The notes below the pieces were generated by a model. That model saw only the letters and a program-made list of their open reading frames with translations, had not been told where the DNA came from and made no database searches. The translations under genes were made by a program, and so were the position numbers. From Escherichia phage vB_EcoM_4HA13, in sequence record NC_049466.2: 52,401 nt of DNA; one strand, 5' to 3'. Shown here one piece after another: positions 27,010 to 37,587 of the stretch; position 1 is the stretch's first letter; each line of letters opens with the position of its first letter.

Positions 27010-27406
27010 GATTTCAAAATACGGCAATGTCGTAACCCCCGTTCAGTTCGGTTCCCTTATCCGCAGTATCTTCGAAGACCCTTTTGAAATCTCAGAAGAC
27101 TTCATGAAGCATTCCGAATGTCGTTGTGAGTTTGGTCAAGAAATTGATTTGGAATTAGCCAAAGAGATTCTTGATTCTTACAAAGGAGTGAACATTGAGC
27201 CGAAAGACTTGGTGGGCACTTGGATGATGGAATGTTCTCGCGACTACAGTAATGGTATTTACTGGGATGAAGTTTCTGAGATTGTCAAAGTTGAAAAAGT
27301 AACTGAAACAATAACTGTCACCAAATGGAAACCAATTATCGATGAAAATGTCCCAGCCTGTCGTCCTCAACAACCGCAAAGTAAAGTTTGCTTACCTCAA
27401 CAGTAA
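27002..27406 (+). CDS. Hypothetical protein
   Basis: Third of three consecutive ATGs, 6 nt after GGAGG. Confidence 0.45.
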   Translation: MNKISKYGNVVTPVQFGSLIRSIFEDPFEISEDFMKHSECRCEFGQEIDLELAKEILDSYKGVNIEPKDLVGTWMMECSRDYSNGIYWDEVSEIVKVEKVTETITVTKWKPIIDENVPACRPQQPQSKVCLPQQ

Positions 27407-27671
27407 AGTAACTTCCACTGGCGGTGGTACATATCTCACTCGTGCTCTTGCTTGTCGCAATGAAACGAATGCGGATGTGATTGTGTTCATGCTTCCTCAT
27501 GGAGAGAACACTTTAAAGAACGTCGAACGTATTAAGCGTGGGCGCGAAGATTTAATGTCGGCTGTGAAGCCGTTAATTCTGCCATTTAAGATTGTGGTAG
27601 TGGTTGGCACTTGCCAAGCATATCTGGAAGATTTCTACAAAGATATGAATTGGAGTGATATTAAGTATTAA
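27342..27671 (+). CDS. Hypothetical protein
   Basis: Overlaps upstream gene by 65 nt; start uncertain. Confidence 0.35.
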   Translation: MKMSQPVVLNNRKVKFAYLNSKVTSTGGGTYLTRALACRNETNADVIVFMLPHGENTLKNVERIKRGREDLMSAVKPLILPFKIVVVVGTCQAYLEDFYKDMNWSDIKY

Positions 27672-27688
27672 GCGACACGCAATTGTTG

Positions 27689-27715
27689 GGAGGTCTTCTG
27701 GCCTCCTATCTTAAT
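27689..27715 (+). terminator. Terminator-like hairpin (GGAGGUC-UUCU-GGCCUCC)
   Basis: 7-bp stem including one G-U pair; weak U-tract. Confidence 0.4.
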
Positions 27716-27728
27716 TGGAGTTTCGCCT

Positions 27729-27908
27729 ATGCGTACTATCACTTGTAATCACTGTGGGCATGAAATTGCAGAAGATGATTTCATTGTTCAGCAATGCCCA
27801 ATCTGTGACTCTTACATGGAAGTCAATCGTTTAAATCTTAAAGTAGATTCCGAACTTGGCACCATCATTCGTGTCAATCCTGTGCACACCTCTACATTAG
27901 TAGAATAA
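27729..27908 (+). CDS. Small zinc-ribbon protein (59 aa)
   Basis: GGAG RBS; CNHC...CPIC; below ORF-track cutoff; its 3' end holds a degenerate promoter-motif copy. Confidence 0.4.
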   Translation: MRTITCNHCGHEIAEDDFIVQQCPICDSYMEVNRLNLKVDSELGTIIRVNPVHTSTLVE

Positions 27909-27933
27909 GATTTAAAACAAAGAGAACGAATCA

Positions 27934-29958
27934 ATGTCAAAGACAGACGATTTAGGTCCAGAGTTTAACAGTAGCGTAGCCGCCTATCTTGTTAAAAACT
28001 ATGGCGACGTATTGAAAGTCTCCAGAGAAAGATTCTGCATCATATCTTTGCCATTGCTCCGTAAATACATTGCCGATAACCAAGACATTGTAGACTCATA
28101 CGAAGAACAAATTAAGGCAGAGATTGAAGGCCAGGGACTTGAAGGTAACGCTGTATTGCGTTCCGTATTCAAAGCTCAACTGGAACGTCTCCGCTCTGGT
28201 GATAAGAAAGATTCAACTGCGTATGCCGACGAGCTGAAGAAGTCGATTCAAGCAGGTGTTACAGACCGTGTTGCGGGTTCAACTTTGGAAGAGCCAACTT
28301 CCGAGCACGACAATACGGCAGAGCTTATCGACAAGATTTTGCACGACCCTCATAATGTTGACCCAACGGTTATTCCGAAGAAGGTTGCAGACGGGGTTCG
28401 TAAAATACTGATGAAAAGTTTCAAGAAGTTTGGTAAGTGGGCATTCCATATTCAAATGGGATTTCCATTCCAGTCTCAGGATTTTCACGATGTTATATTC
28501 GATGTTGGGCAAAAGATTGTGGACGGTGAAATCGACCGTGTAATTATAACAATCCCTCCACGACATTCGAAAACTCAGTTAATGAGTATTGCACTCCCAC
28601 TGTATTCATTCTGCCACAATGAAAACAGCCACAACATTATTACCTCGTATGCTGAGGACGTTGTGTTGGAATCCTCTGGTTATATTCGAGCAGTAATGCT
28701 TGACCCATTATTCCAGCGCATATTCCCTAAAGTTCGAATCGACCCAAACAAACGTTCTCTTGAGCGTTGGGGTACGACGAAAGCAGGTGTAATGCACGCT
28801 GTTCCTACTGGTGGTAAACTTACTGGTAAGGGTGCAGGACTTCTTGTCGTAAACTATGCTGGATGTTTTGTTGTCGATGACGTTATCAAACCAAAAGATG
28901 CGTACTCAGACACAGTTCGAGCAGAAATTAACGACCGCTTTGATAACACATTCATGTCGCGTTTAGCCAACGATGGATGTGTAACAGATGCCAAAGGTAA
29001 TCAGGTTAAATGCCCTCGTACACCAATGGTTATCATCATGCAGCGAGTACACGACCAAGATTTGGTTGGGTATATTCTGCGTGGTGGTTCTTCTGATAAA
29101 TACCACTACCTAAACATTCCAGCAATTATTGAGCCGGGAGTTGGTGGCAAAGAATGGTATCAGAAGTTAATTAATAAACAAGGTTACTCTCATGCAATAC
29201 CAATCTACTACGATTTGAAACGTGGTGAAGGTAAATCTGCATTGTGGCCTTCTCGTAAGAGTTTGGAATCCTTAGAAGCAATGCAGGATGCAAACCCTTA
29301 TACATACAACTCTCAGTATGCTGGCGACCCGTCTGCACAAGGTCATGGCCTTATCCAAGAAGATTGGTGGCAGGAATATGACACTGAATCATTCGACCGT
29401 AGACGTATTGTTCGTTCGTTTATTACGGCAGATACGGCATCAACTGAGAAGACATACTCAGACTACTCTGTGTTGAAGCATTGGGGCGTCACGAAAGAAC
29501 GTGATGTTTACTGCCTTGATATCATGCTGGGTAAATTTGAAATCCCAAAACTCAAGGAAGAAGTAGTTGCGTTTTGGAAGAAGTGCACCAAACTAGATAT
29601 GCGTTGGCCCGCTTGTATTCCAATGGCTGTATTCATGGAAGATAAATCAGCAGGGCAATTCCTGAACCAACAATTCATTAAAGATGGAACCGTTCGTGTT
29701 CGTCCTGTCCCTCGTGATGGTACAAATGCGAATAACAAAGTAACACGATTCATGAACGCAGTGCCGTACTTTGCTCAAAGGAGAATATATTTCCCAGCAG
29801 ACCACGAGCATTTGCCTCATGTTAAGCGTGAGATACTTGGATTTACTTCAATGGGTAGTGGGACTGGTCACGACGATTGCGTCGATAACGTATCTGATAT
29901 GGTTGCAATTGAGTTCTCTGGCCCAAGTGCCAACTACGAAGCATGGGTAAATGAATAA
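27934..29958 (+). CDS. terL: Terminase large subunit
   Basis: Walker A-like TIPPRHSKTQ, Walker B-like FVVDDV, C-terminal nuclease-like acidic motifs. Confidence 0.8.
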   Translation: MSKTDDLGPEFNSSVAAYLVKNYGDVLKVSRERFCIISLPLLRKYIADNQDIVDSYEEQIKAEIEGQGLEGNAVLRSVFKAQLERLRSGDKKDSTAYADELKKSIQAGVTDRVAGSTLEEPTSEHDNTAELIDKILHDPHNVDPTVIPKKVADGVRKILMKSFKKFGKWAFHIQMGFPFQSQDFHDVIFDVGQKIVDGEIDRVIITIPPRHSKTQLMSIALPLYSFCHNENSHNIITSYAEDVVLESSGYIRAVMLDPLFQRIFPKVRIDPNKRSLERWGTTKAGVMHAVPTGGKLTGKGAGLLVVNYAGCFVVDDVIKPKDAYSDTVRAEINDRFDNTFMSRLANDGCVTDAKGNQVKCPRTPMVIIMQRVHDQDLVGYILRGGSSDKYHYLNIPAIIEPGVGGKEWYQKLINKQGYSHAIPIYYDLKRGEGKSALWPSRKSLESLEAMQDANPYTYNSQYAGDPSAQGHGLIQEDWWQEYDTESFDRRRIVRSFITADTASTEKTYSDYSVLKHWGVTKERDVYCLDIMLGKFEIPKLKEEVVAFWKKCTKLDMRWPACIPMAVFMEDKSAGQFLNQQFIKDGTVRVRPVPRDGTNANNKVTRFMNAVPYFAQRRIYFPADHEHLPHVKREILGFTSMGSGTGHDDCVDNVSDMVAIEFSGPSANYEAWVNE

Positions 29959-30170
29959 TGGCAGTAATAACCCGTATTGATGCCCGCTCGCGTAAGAACA
30001 ATTCCCTACAGATTCAAGATTTGGAGGGGAACATTCTGTGCACGATTGAGGCAGTTTCAAACACAGAAGTTGACAAGGGCAAGTTAGGCCACGAAGCAAC
30101 TTTGCGCCTACACACCTCAAGCAATGTTCAAATTGTTAAAGGTAATGGTGTTGTATTAAGGAAGAAATAA
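29958..30170 (+). CDS. Hypothetical small protein between terminase and portal
   Basis: ATGA overlaps at both ends. Confidence 0.4.
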   Translation: MAVITRIDARSRKNNSLQIQDLEGNILCTIEAVSNTEVDKGKLGHEATLRLHTSSNVQIVKGNGVVLRKK

Positions 30171-31510
30171 TGGCTTCCCATGATGCACATGTTTTAAAAC
30201 AAGCTGGCTTCCAAAAGAAGAAGCTGGCTGATGGTCTTGAGAATTTCGTATCGGGGTTAGGCGGTGCAAAGGATAAGTCCTCGCACAACATTTGGACATT
30301 TTCCAATAAGAATGCCAACTACCATGAACTCATGAATCGCTTTCGCGAAGATTGGGTATCACAAAAGATATGTTCTATTATCCCTCAAGACATGACACGT
30401 AAATGGCGACACATTGATACAGAAGAAGGACGCAAAGCTGATAAGAAGTTACGACTTCGTAAGCTGTTCCGTGAAGCGTATCAATGGGCTAGACTATATG
30501 GAACATCTTTTGTCCTCCTTGATATTAAAGGCACTGGCAAATTAGATACACCATTGCGTCTGGATAACTTGAAGAAGGGATGTATCAGGTCCATGAGAGT
30601 TATTGACCGTTCACGTATGTGGGCCGCTGGTGCAATAGTGCTGGATGCTTTGAGTCCCCATTATGGTATGCCGGAGTTTTATACTCTGTCAGGCTATTCT
30701 GGAATGATTCACCATTCCCGTTTTGTGCGTTTCGAAGGAACAGAACTTCCGTTGTTCGAATTCCAACGAAACATGTGGTATTCTGATTCAGTGTTGATAC
30801 CGCTGTTGAAAACCATAGACCAGTTCTACACGACTGCTGCCGCTGCCGCAAACTTGGCGCAGGAAGCAACCATCGATGTAGTTTCTGTTGCAGGATTCCA
30901 ATCACTTCTGACAAGTCCAGAAGGGGAAGCTGCTGTCCTCAAACGTTTCAAACTCATGAAACAAGCTAAGAGCATTTATAACGTTCTTATCCTTGATGAC
31001 ACTGAAAAGTATGACACCAAGTCCATCGCCTTGTCAGGCGTTAAAGATTTAATTTGGGAATACCTGAAAATTGTAGCTGCGGCTGTTGGTATTCCGGCAA
31101 CACGTTTCTTATCTGCATCACCTGATGGTATGAATGCTACGGGCGAATCTGACCTCGTAAACTATATCGACTTGCTGACAGGCTTGCAAACTAACATCTT
31201 CGAACCTCGTTTAGATGTGTTCGATGCTTTAGTTCAAGCGCACTTTGGTATTGAGGAATATACATACGAATGGTGTGATATATTCCCTGAATCAAATGTT
31301 GAGAGAGCGAAACGTGCAGTGGATGTTGCTACTGCATTGGACCTATTAATTGCTAATGGGACAATCACTACCAAAACTGCGAACTGCATTATTGCACACT
31401 CGAAAGTATTTGGTGAATGTGATGTAGGCGAAGCAAATCCCAATCCTCCAAACATGCAGAAAGGTAATGCAGACAATGCGAAACCATCCAGCACCAGTAA
31501 GTCTAAATGA
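30170..31510 (+). CDS. Portal protein (putative)
   Basis: Size and position directly after terminase. Confidence 0.6.
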   Translation: MASHDAHVLKQAGFQKKKLADGLENFVSGLGGAKDKSSHNIWTFSNKNANYHELMNRFREDWVSQKICSIIPQDMTRKWRHIDTEEGRKADKKLRLRKLFREAYQWARLYGTSFVLLDIKGTGKLDTPLRLDNLKKGCIRSMRVIDRSRMWAAGAIVLDALSPHYGMPEFYTLSGYSGMIHHSRFVRFEGTELPLFEFQRNMWYSDSVLIPLLKTIDQFYTTAAAAANLAQEATIDVVSVAGFQSLLTSPEGEAAVLKRFKLMKQAKSIYNVLILDDTEKYDTKSIALSGVKDLIWEYLKIVAAAVGIPATRFLSASPDGMNATGESDLVNYIDLLTGLQTNIFEPRLDVFDALVQAHFGIEEYTYEWCDIFPESNVERAKRAVDVATALDLLIANGTITTKTANCIIAHSKVFGECDVGEANPNPPNMQKGNADNAKPSSTSKSK

Positions 31511-32543
31511 CGAGGAAACTGTATCTGTCGTAATGTTCGCTGACCGACAAACGATTCAGTCTGCTCGTGTATTACGAGACTCTGGCGAAATGATTGCGCC
31601 TGTTACGATTGCTCGTACTGGCGACATGCTATACAAAGCCAAGGAGCTTGGTCCAGATTTTGCTGACCTTCCTCCTGACCAAGTTGTTCGAGTTAATACT
31701 CCAGCAGAAGTTTTATTTGATGAAGCAACCATTAACCTTTGCCGTTCAATGGCAGTTACTGTTGGTCATCCTGCAAAAGATATTGACCTGTCGAACAACA
31801 AAGAGTTGCAGAAAGGTTTCCTTGAAGGTGCTCCCTCTGCTGACGGCTCTCACCTCAGCGGCTACGTCGTCTTGAATGATGCAGCAACTATTAAATTAGT
31901 TGATTCTGGTGTTGACCAGACTTCATGGGGACATGATGCAGTTCTGAAACGTGTTGAAGAAAACGGTATTGTGTCTGCTGTTAAGACCAAAATCACTGCT
32001 GTCAACCATTTGGCTATCGTTCGTCGTGGCCGTGCTCAGACAACTCGTATCGGCGATTCCGGCGAAGAAATTGAAATTGTTGATAAAGCAACTTTCGATT
32101 CTGTTGAAGCTGAACGTGATGATGCTCTGGCAAAGATTGGCGTACTCACTCAGAAACTTTCTGATGCAGCATCTGCCAAACTTTCCGACGAAGAGATTCA
32201 GAATATTGTTGACGAGCGTGTAGTTGCTCGCACCGAACTTCTGATTGAAGTTGCCAAGCTTGGTGACGAATATGTCAAAATGGATTTCAAGGGCAAGTCT
32301 GAATCTGAAATTAAACGTGAAGTTGTTTCCAAACTGCATGACAAAGATTTCAGCGACAAGAGCGATGACTATATCGCTGCCCGATTCGATACCGCGCTGG
32401 AAGATTGTGAATCTGTTTCACTCAGTGATGCTTTGAATCAGTCTGTTGTTGATGCTGCTAATAAGGCTGCACAATCCCAGGAACGTAAACCAAATGCGCG
32501 TGATGAAGCATTAGCTCGTCGTGCTGCCCGTTATAATAAATAA
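31467..32543 (+). CDS. Head scaffold / prohead protease-like protein (putative)
   Basis: Position between portal and capsid; acidic coiled-coil-like C-terminal half. Confidence 0.45.
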   Translation: MQTMRNHPAPVSLNDEETVSVVMFADRQTIQSARVLRDSGEMIAPVTIARTGDMLYKAKELGPDFADLPPDQVVRVNTPAEVLFDEATINLCRSMAVTVGHPAKDIDLSNNKELQKGFLEGAPSADGSHLSGYVVLNDAATIKLVDSGVDQTSWGHDAVLKRVEENGIVSAVKTKITAVNHLAIVRRGRAQTTRIGDSGEEIEIVDKATFDSVEAERDDALAKIGVLTQKLSDAASAKLSDEEIQNIVDERVVARTELLIEVAKLGDEYVKMDFKGKSESEIKREVVSKLHDKDFSDKSDDYIAARFDTALEDCESVSLSDALNQSVVDAANKAAQSQERKPNARDEALARRAARYNK

Positions 32544-32552
32544 GGTCTGATA

Positions 32553-33026
32553 ATGCCAAAGCAAGATTGGAACATTAACACTGGTGAAGCATACGCTGGC
32601 GAACAGTATGGCTTGGCCACCACAAACTCTCAGCGTCTTACTTACAGCACCGAAGTAGCAATGGCTCACTTTGGTCTGGCTGTTCAGCCGGGCGCTAAGT
32701 ATAATACCTGTAAGCCGGGCCACGACGCTGGCAAAATTCTCGGCGTTGTCATGCGCCAGAACATTCTGGAATCTAAAACTCGTCCGGGCGATGGCACCAT
32801 TAACATTCCGGTTGGTCAGCCGTTGGGCATCATGCTCGAAGGTCCAGTCATGGTTAAGCTGATTACTGCAATCACTGATTCTAAAGTTGGCGTATCTGCT
32901 ACTGGTGAATTTGGTGGCGTAGCTGCTGGTGCTTATACTGAATGTACCAATGCTGTTGCACTGAAATACCCAGCTGCTGCTGGCGACGTTATCCCAATTA
33001 TGATTAACGTCATCCCAAAGCCGTAA
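32553..33026 (+). CDS. Head structural protein (decoration or minor capsid), frame-0 product
   Basis: Between scaffold and major capsid; carries slippery heptamer CCCAAAG two codons before its stop. Confidence 0.55.
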   Translation: MPKQDWNINTGEAYAGEQYGLATTNSQRLTYSTEVAMAHFGLAVQPGAKYNTCKPGHDAGKILGVVMRQNILESKTRPGDGTINIPVGQPLGIMLEGPVMVKLITAITDSKVGVSATGEFGGVAAGAYTECTNAVALKYPAAAGDVIPIMINVIPKP

Positions 33027-33322
33027 CGCCGCCGCCTACAGCCCCGACTGTAACTCCGGTTGCAGGTACAGTAACTGCTAATGCTTCAACTGCTAATGCA
33101 ACTGTAACTGTAGACAAGCTGTTTACGTTCGGTAACTCTGCGGCAACGGATTACAACTTCTCTGTTGACCCTGCTGTAACTGGCGTGTCTGTGGCGGCAA
33201 ATGGTACTGTGACTGTTGCAACTGCAACGATTGGTACTGCAACGACTGCAACAATCAAAGCTGTTAACAAAACGACTGCAAGTGTAACTGCTTCCAAAGC
33301 GATTACAATCACGCATCCGTAA
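33008..33322 (+). CDS. -1 frameshift extension of the 32553 gene: Pro/Thr linker plus Ig-like domain, no start codon of its own
   Basis: -1 frame is open from 33008 to TAA at 33320-33322 with no ATG; CCCAAAG at 33014-33020 fits X XXY YYZ in the upstream frame. Confidence 0.55.
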   Translation, partial: RHPKAVTPPPTAPTVTPVAGTVTANASTANATVTVDKLFTFGNSAATDYNFSVDPAVTGVSVAANGTVTVATATIGTATTATIKAVNKTTASVTASKAITITHP

Positions 33323-33367
33323 TTAATTTCAGGCGTAGCAATGGTGTTGCGCCTAAAGGAATAAGAA

Positions 33368-34381
33368 ATGCCAAAGATTATCAAACTGGCTGACGGTACT
33401 GATTTCGAACTGGACGAAGCACTTGTCCGTATTCAGGATTCCGGTACTGTAACTCTGTCCGATGACGATGCTGTATATTTCCAGCGTCAACTTGAGTTCA
33501 TTGAAGCTCAAACTTACGATACCCTGTATCCTGACTTGGAGGCTCGTGACGCTTTCGGTGTTGATACAACTGGTGGTCCGGGTGCTCAAACTCTGACGTA
33601 TCGTTCGTACAACCATGTTGGTAAAGCACAAGTAATCAACGCTCGTGCAACTGACCTGCCAAAGCCAAACATTTCCGGTAAGGAATATTCTGTTACCGTT
33701 AAATCTGTTGGTACTGCATACGACTATGATGTTGACGAGATTGCTGCTGCCTCTATGGTAACTGGCATGTCTCTGGAAACTCGTAAAGCGAATGCTGCTA
33801 TTCGTGGTTACGAACAGTACGTTAACGCGACCGCATGGTACGGCGATGCTGCAAACGGTTTCGTTGGTTTCTTCGAAGACCCGGATATCACTCGTGCTGA
33901 CGTTGCCCCGACTCAGGGTGGCTCTGATACTGAGTGGGCGAAGAAGAAGCCGTCAGAAGTTATCGCTGACCTGACTTCTGCTACGTCTGCAATGTATGCA
34001 ACCACGTTAAAGATTATGCGTCCTGAAGAAATTTGGATGCCTGTTGAACACGAACAGTATATCTTCAACACCCCACGTTCTGACCAGTCTGATATGTCAA
34101 TCGGTAACTGGTTCTTGGCTAACAACCAGTTCATTAAGTCCCGCGAGAAAATCAAAGGTCTGAACGCAATCAAAGGTCACGGTAAAGCTGGCGCTGATTG
34201 TTTCGTTGTTGTTTGCCGCACTGCACAAGGCAACAAGACTTTCCGTCTGCGTGAACCACTGGCACTGACTTGGATGCCAGTTCAGTTACATGGTCTGGTG
34301 TATGAAATTCCTGGCCGTGGTCGTTTCGCTGGTTTCCAAACCATGTATCCGGCAGCACTGTCCATTAACTCTGGTATTTAA
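33368..34381 (+). CDS. Major capsid protein (putative)
   Basis: 337 aa, strong RBS, E. coli-like high-expression codons, follows scaffold gene. Confidence 0.6.
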   Translation: MPKIIKLADGTDFELDEALVRIQDSGTVTLSDDDAVYFQRQLEFIEAQTYDTLYPDLEARDAFGVDTTGGPGAQTLTYRSYNHVGKAQVINARATDLPKPNISGKEYSVTVKSVGTAYDYDVDEIAAASMVTGMSLETRKANAAIRGYEQYVNATAWYGDAANGFVGFFEDPDITRADVAPTQGGSDTEWAKKKPSEVIADLTSATSAMYATTLKIMRPEEIWMPVEHEQYIFNTPRSDQSDMSIGNWFLANNQFIKSREKIKGLNAIKGHGKAGADCFVVVCRTAQGNKTFRLREPLALTWMPVQLHGLVYEIPGRGRFAGFQTMYPAALSINSGI

Positions 34382-34432
34382 TGGAACTTGGGCTGGAGCA
34401 ATCTGGCCCTCTTACTTTTAAAGAGAATAAAG

Positions 34433-34876
34433 ATGCAGCTCAAGAACAACCAAACACGTAATGCTCAATTCTACTTCTGGAAAGAAGGTAAGAACAAGAA
34501 AGTCTCTCTGGAGTACGTGCATATTCCCGGTGGCGCTACTGTTGAAATTGATGATGATGTGTTCAAAGCACTGTGTGCATCCCGTACCGAAGTTCGTGTC
34601 ATGAAGGAGGTCGAAACTAAACTCGACGAATCCAACATTGGCGCAGATATCAAAACGGGCAAAGAAGCCCTCACCATCAAAGAGTTTTACGAAACTGGTG
34701 AATCCCGTAGTGTTAACCTGCTGAAAGAGGCAATCAAAGATGGTGACTTCACTATCATTGAACGTGCCAAAGTTGGTATGGAAGTTGTTAACGAAGTTCT
34801 GGCTAAACATGGTATTCCGGGTATTAAAGATATGCCGGAAGATGCAAAACTGGCCCTCTACGATAAGTTGGCATAA
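34433..34876 (+). CDS. Head or neck protein (hypothetical)
   Basis: Internal ATG after GAGAATAAAG; structural-module position. Confidence 0.45.
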   Translation: MQLKNNQTRNAQFYFWKEGKNKKVSLEYVHIPGGATVEIDDDVFKALCASRTEVRVMKEVETKLDESNIGADIKTGKEALTIKEFYETGESRSVNLLKEAIKDGDFTIIERAKVGMEVVNEVLAKHGIPGIKDMPEDAKLALYDKLA

Positions 34877-35250
34877 TGCTTACACTAGCTGATTTGGTGA
34901 AACGTTATCCAGCAATGGCACTCATGAGTCAAGACTTGTTCGACGTTCACCAAAGCGATGCCAAGTTAATCATGGGAACGGATGAATCACGTTGGCTAGG
35001 TTGGTATAATCCAGCAATGGCGGCATTAATCGCGCATATGTCTGTCTTAACTGATAGCCTTGCGCCCGATGATGCCCCTATGCCTGCTCTACCTGTATCA
35101 CGAACTGATGTTGATGATGTTCAGGTGGAGTTCAGTGACCGAATTATTTCGGAAATTCCGTACATTGAAGCCTCGTGGTATTCGTCTGTCTACGGACAGC
35201 AATATGTCATGTGGCGACGTATGGCCTTTGCAGGACCGAGGGTGGCGTAA
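34876..35250 (+). CDS. Head-tail joining protein (hypothetical)
   Basis: Overlapping start and stop with neighbours. Confidence 0.45.
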   Translation: MLTLADLVKRYPAMALMSQDLFDVHQSDAKLIMGTDESRWLGWYNPAMAALIAHMSVLTDSLAPDDAPMPALPVSRTDVDDVQVEFSDRIISEIPYIEASWYSSVYGQQYVMWRRMAFAGPRVA

Positions 35251-35612
35251 TGATTAATCAAAGACGTGCCTTCAATCAGTACACAACTGCCCGTCATTTT
35301 ATCCAACTGTATCAAGATGGACATTACGACGATAAAAATAATTGGGTTGGTGAAGGATACTCCAACCCCATTCCTTTCCGTTGCACTCCAATTGCCTATG
35401 GCGATAGAGACAGTGGCGTATCTGGACAAACTTTAAAGGCAACGGAAGTTGGTGAACGTCAACCTGCATTCATGCAAGTTCATTCCACCAGAGAAATGCC
35501 GATGAAATCATTGCTGACCATTTATGGATTTAGATACAAGGTTGTGTCAATTTCTGACTACACGGATGCTGGCTTTTATAAAGTAATTGTTGCAAAGGAG
35601 TTGGAGACTTAA
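35250..35612 (+). CDS. Head-tail joining or tail completion protein (hypothetical)
   Basis: TAATG overlap; start taken at MINQRRAF. Confidence 0.45.
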   Translation: MINQRRAFNQYTTARHFIQLYQDGHYDDKNNWVGEGYSNPIPFRCTPIAYGDRDSGVSGQTLKATEVGERQPAFMQVHSTREMPMKSLLTIYGFRYKVVSISDYTDAGFYKVIVAKELET

Positions 35613-36128
35613 ATGGATATTCGACAAGAAGAAATTCAAGCAATGAAGGAAATTGTCGACGTATGTGTTGGCATTCCTCAATTCACATATGCAATGCAGT
35701 TGAATGCTGAAAGACCTAAAGGGGATTATGCAGCAATCAAATGTGTTTCATCTTTGAATCCAGGATTTGATGAAAACAGAATAATTGAAATTAATGGTGT
35801 TGACCATTATCGTACTCGCGGTATTCGCGTGTTAACTTTTTATATTCTGTTCTCTCGCGAGGGCGATGAGTTTATCAAGTTTGATAACTCATTCTATCGT
35901 CCAGATGTACAAGCTAAGTTGAAGCAAACTGGATTTGCTGCTCTTGGCAAAACGACTTTGGATTTATCATCCGTTACACTTGAAACAAATTGGGAAATCC
36001 GTCAGGGTGTTAAGATGCAATTTAATATTCTGCGCGAAGATATCTCACCAATCGATGTAATGACTGGTGCAAGTGTAGGTGGTAAGTTTATCGATGGCGA
36101 CCAAGTCATCACTATTAAGGGAATCTAA
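35613..36128 (+). CDS. Neck or tail completion protein (hypothetical)
   Basis: Position before sheath gene. Confidence 0.45.
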   Translation: MDIRQEEIQAMKEIVDVCVGIPQFTYAMQLNAERPKGDYAAIKCVSSLNPGFDENRIIEINGVDHYRTRGIRVLTFYILFSREGDEFIKFDNSFYRPDVQAKLKQTGFAALGKTTLDLSSVTLETNWEIRQGVKMQFNILREDISPIDVMTGASVGGKFIDGDQVITIKGI

Positions 36129-37576
36129 TGTCTATTTCCATTTCCGATATCATTCAAGTTAGCATCGCCGTTGCTCCCAACGCTGTTGCAACTGATGGGT
36201 TCGGCCCACTGCTCTTTATGAGCAAAGAGTTTGTACCGACTGTTGATGTGTATCCTGTTCGTTCATACTCAAGTCTGAAAGAAGTGTCGGCAGATTTCCC
36301 TTCTGGTGAAATCAACAAAGCTGCAACCGCATGGTACAGCCAGAAGCCAACTCCGAAGACTTTTCTCGTTGGTGCATTGCAGCACGATACTCTGGTTCCT
36401 GCAACCTCTGGTACTTACACTGCAACTGTAGCTGGCGTACTTGCAACAATCAAAGCAGAAACTGCCGCTGACCTTACTCTGTCTGTAGATGGTGTGATGA
36501 AAACTGTCAATGGTTTAGACTTCTCTGCTGCTGCTGACTTGGCCGCTTGTGCTGCTGTAGTTGATGCTGCATTGTCTGCTGCAAACATCGGTGCACATTG
36601 TACTCAAACGGCTGGCAAGTTCAAACTGGAAACTATCTCTACTGGCTCCAAAGCAACTGTACAAAACATATCTGGTAAAGCTGCGGAAGTTATGAAGTGG
36701 CTTCCTGCCGATAATCCACAAGTCTTTGCTGGCGCTGATGAACAATCAATCGCTCTAGATTTGGCAAAGATTGCCGAAGCTCCATTCAACTTCTTCTATG
36801 TTGGCCTTGACCGTCAATATCGTGGTAAAGTTGCCCCTACCGATAACCAAATGACCGTTGCAGAATGGTGCGAAGGCATGAGCAAAGTGTTTGGTTGGGC
36901 TGACACCGACCCGAACATTCTGGTCAACGGTATGGACTCCAGCTTCAAACGTGCGAAGAATCAAAACCTTCGTAACACTCTTTGTGTATTTGATGCGTCC
37001 GCAAACGGCGATGAATATCCAGAAGTGTCTATCTTAGGTCGTGCAGCAACTGTAAACTTCAACGTTGCAAACTCTGCTTTGATTCTTGCATATAAGAAAG
37101 GTCCGGGCGTTGCAACTGCTGACCTGTCCTCCGGTCAAGTTACTGCTCTGCAATCTGTAAATGGTAACGCATTCATTTCAGTTGATGGAAACGTCATGTT
37201 CTGGAATGGTAAAATGGCTGACGGTACTTGGTTCGATACGGTTCAGGGTGTTGAATGGTTGACTCAGAAAGTACGTAACAACGTATTCAATCTATTCTAT
37301 CAATCCACCACCAAGATTCCGTGGACTGAAACTGGCGTTGCACTTGTAAACCAGCAAATTACTTTAGCTCTGGAACTGGCTGTTACAAACGGTCTGATTG
37401 CCCCTGGCTACGATAATGAAGGTGTGTTCTACCCTGATGGTTACAAAGTAATGTCTACCGATTTGTCGCTTCTGCAATCTCAGAAGGGTGAGCGTATTTG
37501 GGAAGGCTCTTCCTTCATCGCCATTGGTTCTGGTGCCCTGCAAGGTGCACAGATTTCCGGCAACTTCGTACAGTAA
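36128..37576 (+). CDS. Tail sheath protein (putative)
   Basis: 482 aa, directly upstream of tube and chaperone genes. Confidence 0.5.
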   Translation: MSISISDIIQVSIAVAPNAVATDGFGPLLFMSKEFVPTVDVYPVRSYSSLKEVSADFPSGEINKAATAWYSQKPTPKTFLVGALQHDTLVPATSGTYTATVAGVLATIKAETAADLTLSVDGVMKTVNGLDFSAAADLAACAAVVDAALSAANIGAHCTQTAGKFKLETISTGSKATVQNISGKAAEVMKWLPADNPQVFAGADEQSIALDLAKIAEAPFNFFYVGLDRQYRGKVAPTDNQMTVAEWCEGMSKVFGWADTDPNILVNGMDSSFKRAKNQNLRNTLCVFDASANGDEYPEVSILGRAATVNFNVANSALILAYKKGPGVATADLSSGQVTALQSVNGNAFISVDGNVMFWNGKMADGTWFDTVQGVEWLTQKVRNNVFNLFYQSTTKIPWTETGVALVNQQITLALELAVTNGLIAPGYDNEGVFYPDGYKVMSTDLSLLQSQKGERIWEGSSFIAIGSGALQGAQISGNFVQ

Positions 37577-37587
37577 GGATGCGCTAA

